NCBI RefSeq assembly: GCF_964204645.1
Contig: NC_134027.1
Span: forward strand, 19,120,560 to 19,184,559
DNA: 64,000 bases
Direction of reading: 5' to 3'
Source of the DNA: Tubulanus polymorphus
Taxonomy: Eukaryota > Animalia > Nemertea
Shown here one piece after another: positions 62,740-64,000 of this stretch. Every line of letters begins with the position of its first letter. The first letter of the stretch is position 1. The notes beneath the pieces are model-generated. The model saw only the letters and a list, made by a program, of their open reading frames with translations, was not told the origin of the DNA and made no database searches. A program made the position numbers and the translations under genes.

Positions 62740-64000
62740 ATGTGGACCAATTCGAGTCCGGTTGGGAATGATTTGTTTGGTGATATTCTGTCGGACCAAC
62801 TTAAAGATGCTGATAGATCGAATCGATTAGTCTCGCTATGCGGAGCGCGTGAACGGTACTTTTGTTGTGTGTCACCGGATGACAGTCGTGGTCGTTTTTT
62901 GATCGGGCCTTCTTCCTGTTCCGTTCCGCGTCTGCCTTTTCACAGGCCGGGCGCTGAATACATTCGTACCTACTGGAGTTGTGGCGTTTGGCACCCTTCG
63001 TACGTCGAAGGTTTGGTTTTCAGCTCCAAACGTAAATGGGTTATCTGAGCGTTTTTTAACCATGGCATGTTTATCATTTCGGTCGATAAGCCTACCATTA
63101 CTGGCCACTTAAAGTTTTCTTCCTCTGGGTACCATCTCCAAGATCTTGCGTGTATCTATTTCTTGGAGTCGCTCTACGTGTGATTTGGCGCCCCGTATCC
63201 AGGTGTCTTCGGATTTTTTGTTCTCTTTTAACTTGTTTTTGGCGCGGAGGACTTCGACTTGTGTATCTTTATTTTTAGGGAAGTTTCAAGTGCCGGTGAG
63301 GTGTTGTTCCTACGTTTAAGCCTTACGCATGGATGTTTCATGTCATCTCTAGATTTAAAAGATGCGTATTATTCAATACCAATTCGTTATGAAGATAGGA
63401 TTTATCTTCGGTTTTATTGGAAAGGGGTGCTCTATCAGTATACCTGTTTACCAAATGGCATTTCCTCGGCGCCCAGATTTTTTACTAAGCTTTTAAAGCC
63501 GGTTTTGGAACCTCTTCGAAGAAAGGGTCATATTTCAGTAGATTATATTGATGATATCTATTTGAAAGGAAATTCGATCAATTAGAATAATGCTAATACT
63601 TCAGAAACTGAGCTTCAATTAACAAATGCTGGATATTTGATACATGAAACAAAATCAGAAAAAGAAGCTAGTACCCAAAGGAAATGGTTAGGTTTTCGGC
63701 TTAACTCGCTATCTTGGTCAGTTTTTATTGGAATTGATAAAGTTTTGAAAATCCAGAGTGAATGCCAATCACTTCTTGATTCATTGAGACCCATGTTGTA
63801 CCAAATTGCGAGAATAATTGGTATCCAGGTTTCAGTTTTCCCAGCTGTTCCACTAGGTCGTTTACATTATCGGTATCTTGATAGAGATAAAGTGGTTGGA
63901 ATGAAAATGTTTGCTGGTGATTTGTCAGCCAAAACGTATTTATCTTTGCAAGCTAAAGACGAATTGATTTGGTGGATCAACAATATTTCTGGTTCTTTTG
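62740..64000 (+). mobile_element. DIRS-type retrotransposon fragment (gag tail plus RT), runs off the window
   Basis: LDLKDAYYSIPI, YQYTCLPNGISSAPRFFTKLLKP, YIDD, then after a stop WLGFRLNS...GRLHYRYL...ELIWWINN; upstream LFGDILSDQLKDA resembles a DIRS gag C-terminus. The recombinase is not within the window. Confidence 0.88.

Overview
Eukaryotic, AT-rich, transposon-dense genomic DNA; the repeat complement suggests a marine invertebrate, but the species is not identifiable from sequence alone. Three host genes are present. (1) The 5' ten coding exons of a Na+/H+ exchanger of the NHE8/SLC9A8 type on the minus strand (28833 to 2064, continuing beyond the window start), all splice phases consistent, including a minor-spliceosome AT-AC intron at 5101-5459. 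(2) A BTB plus ~10 zinc-finger gene on the plus strand (main exon 35923-37791). (3) A convergent AT-hook/C2H2 zinc-finger gene on the minus strand (large exon 43467-46328, probable small upstream exons at 50054-50100 and 56691-56746). The rest contains a decayed BEL/Pao LTR retrotransposon, Penelope-like remnants with minimal hammerhead ribozyme motifs, a DIRS fragment at the right edge, Helentron-associated (HINE-like) elements whose ~153-bp tandem units carry a CTCF-like motif, and many MITEs (piggyBac, PIF/Harbinger, pogo/Tigger, Merlin-like, P/hAT-like). Most unusual is a group of CATC...GATG MITEs with 9-bp TSDs whose terminal repeats contain outward-facing tRNA-type Pol III box motifs. 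Coordinates were counted by hand; element ends without a TSD are approximate.
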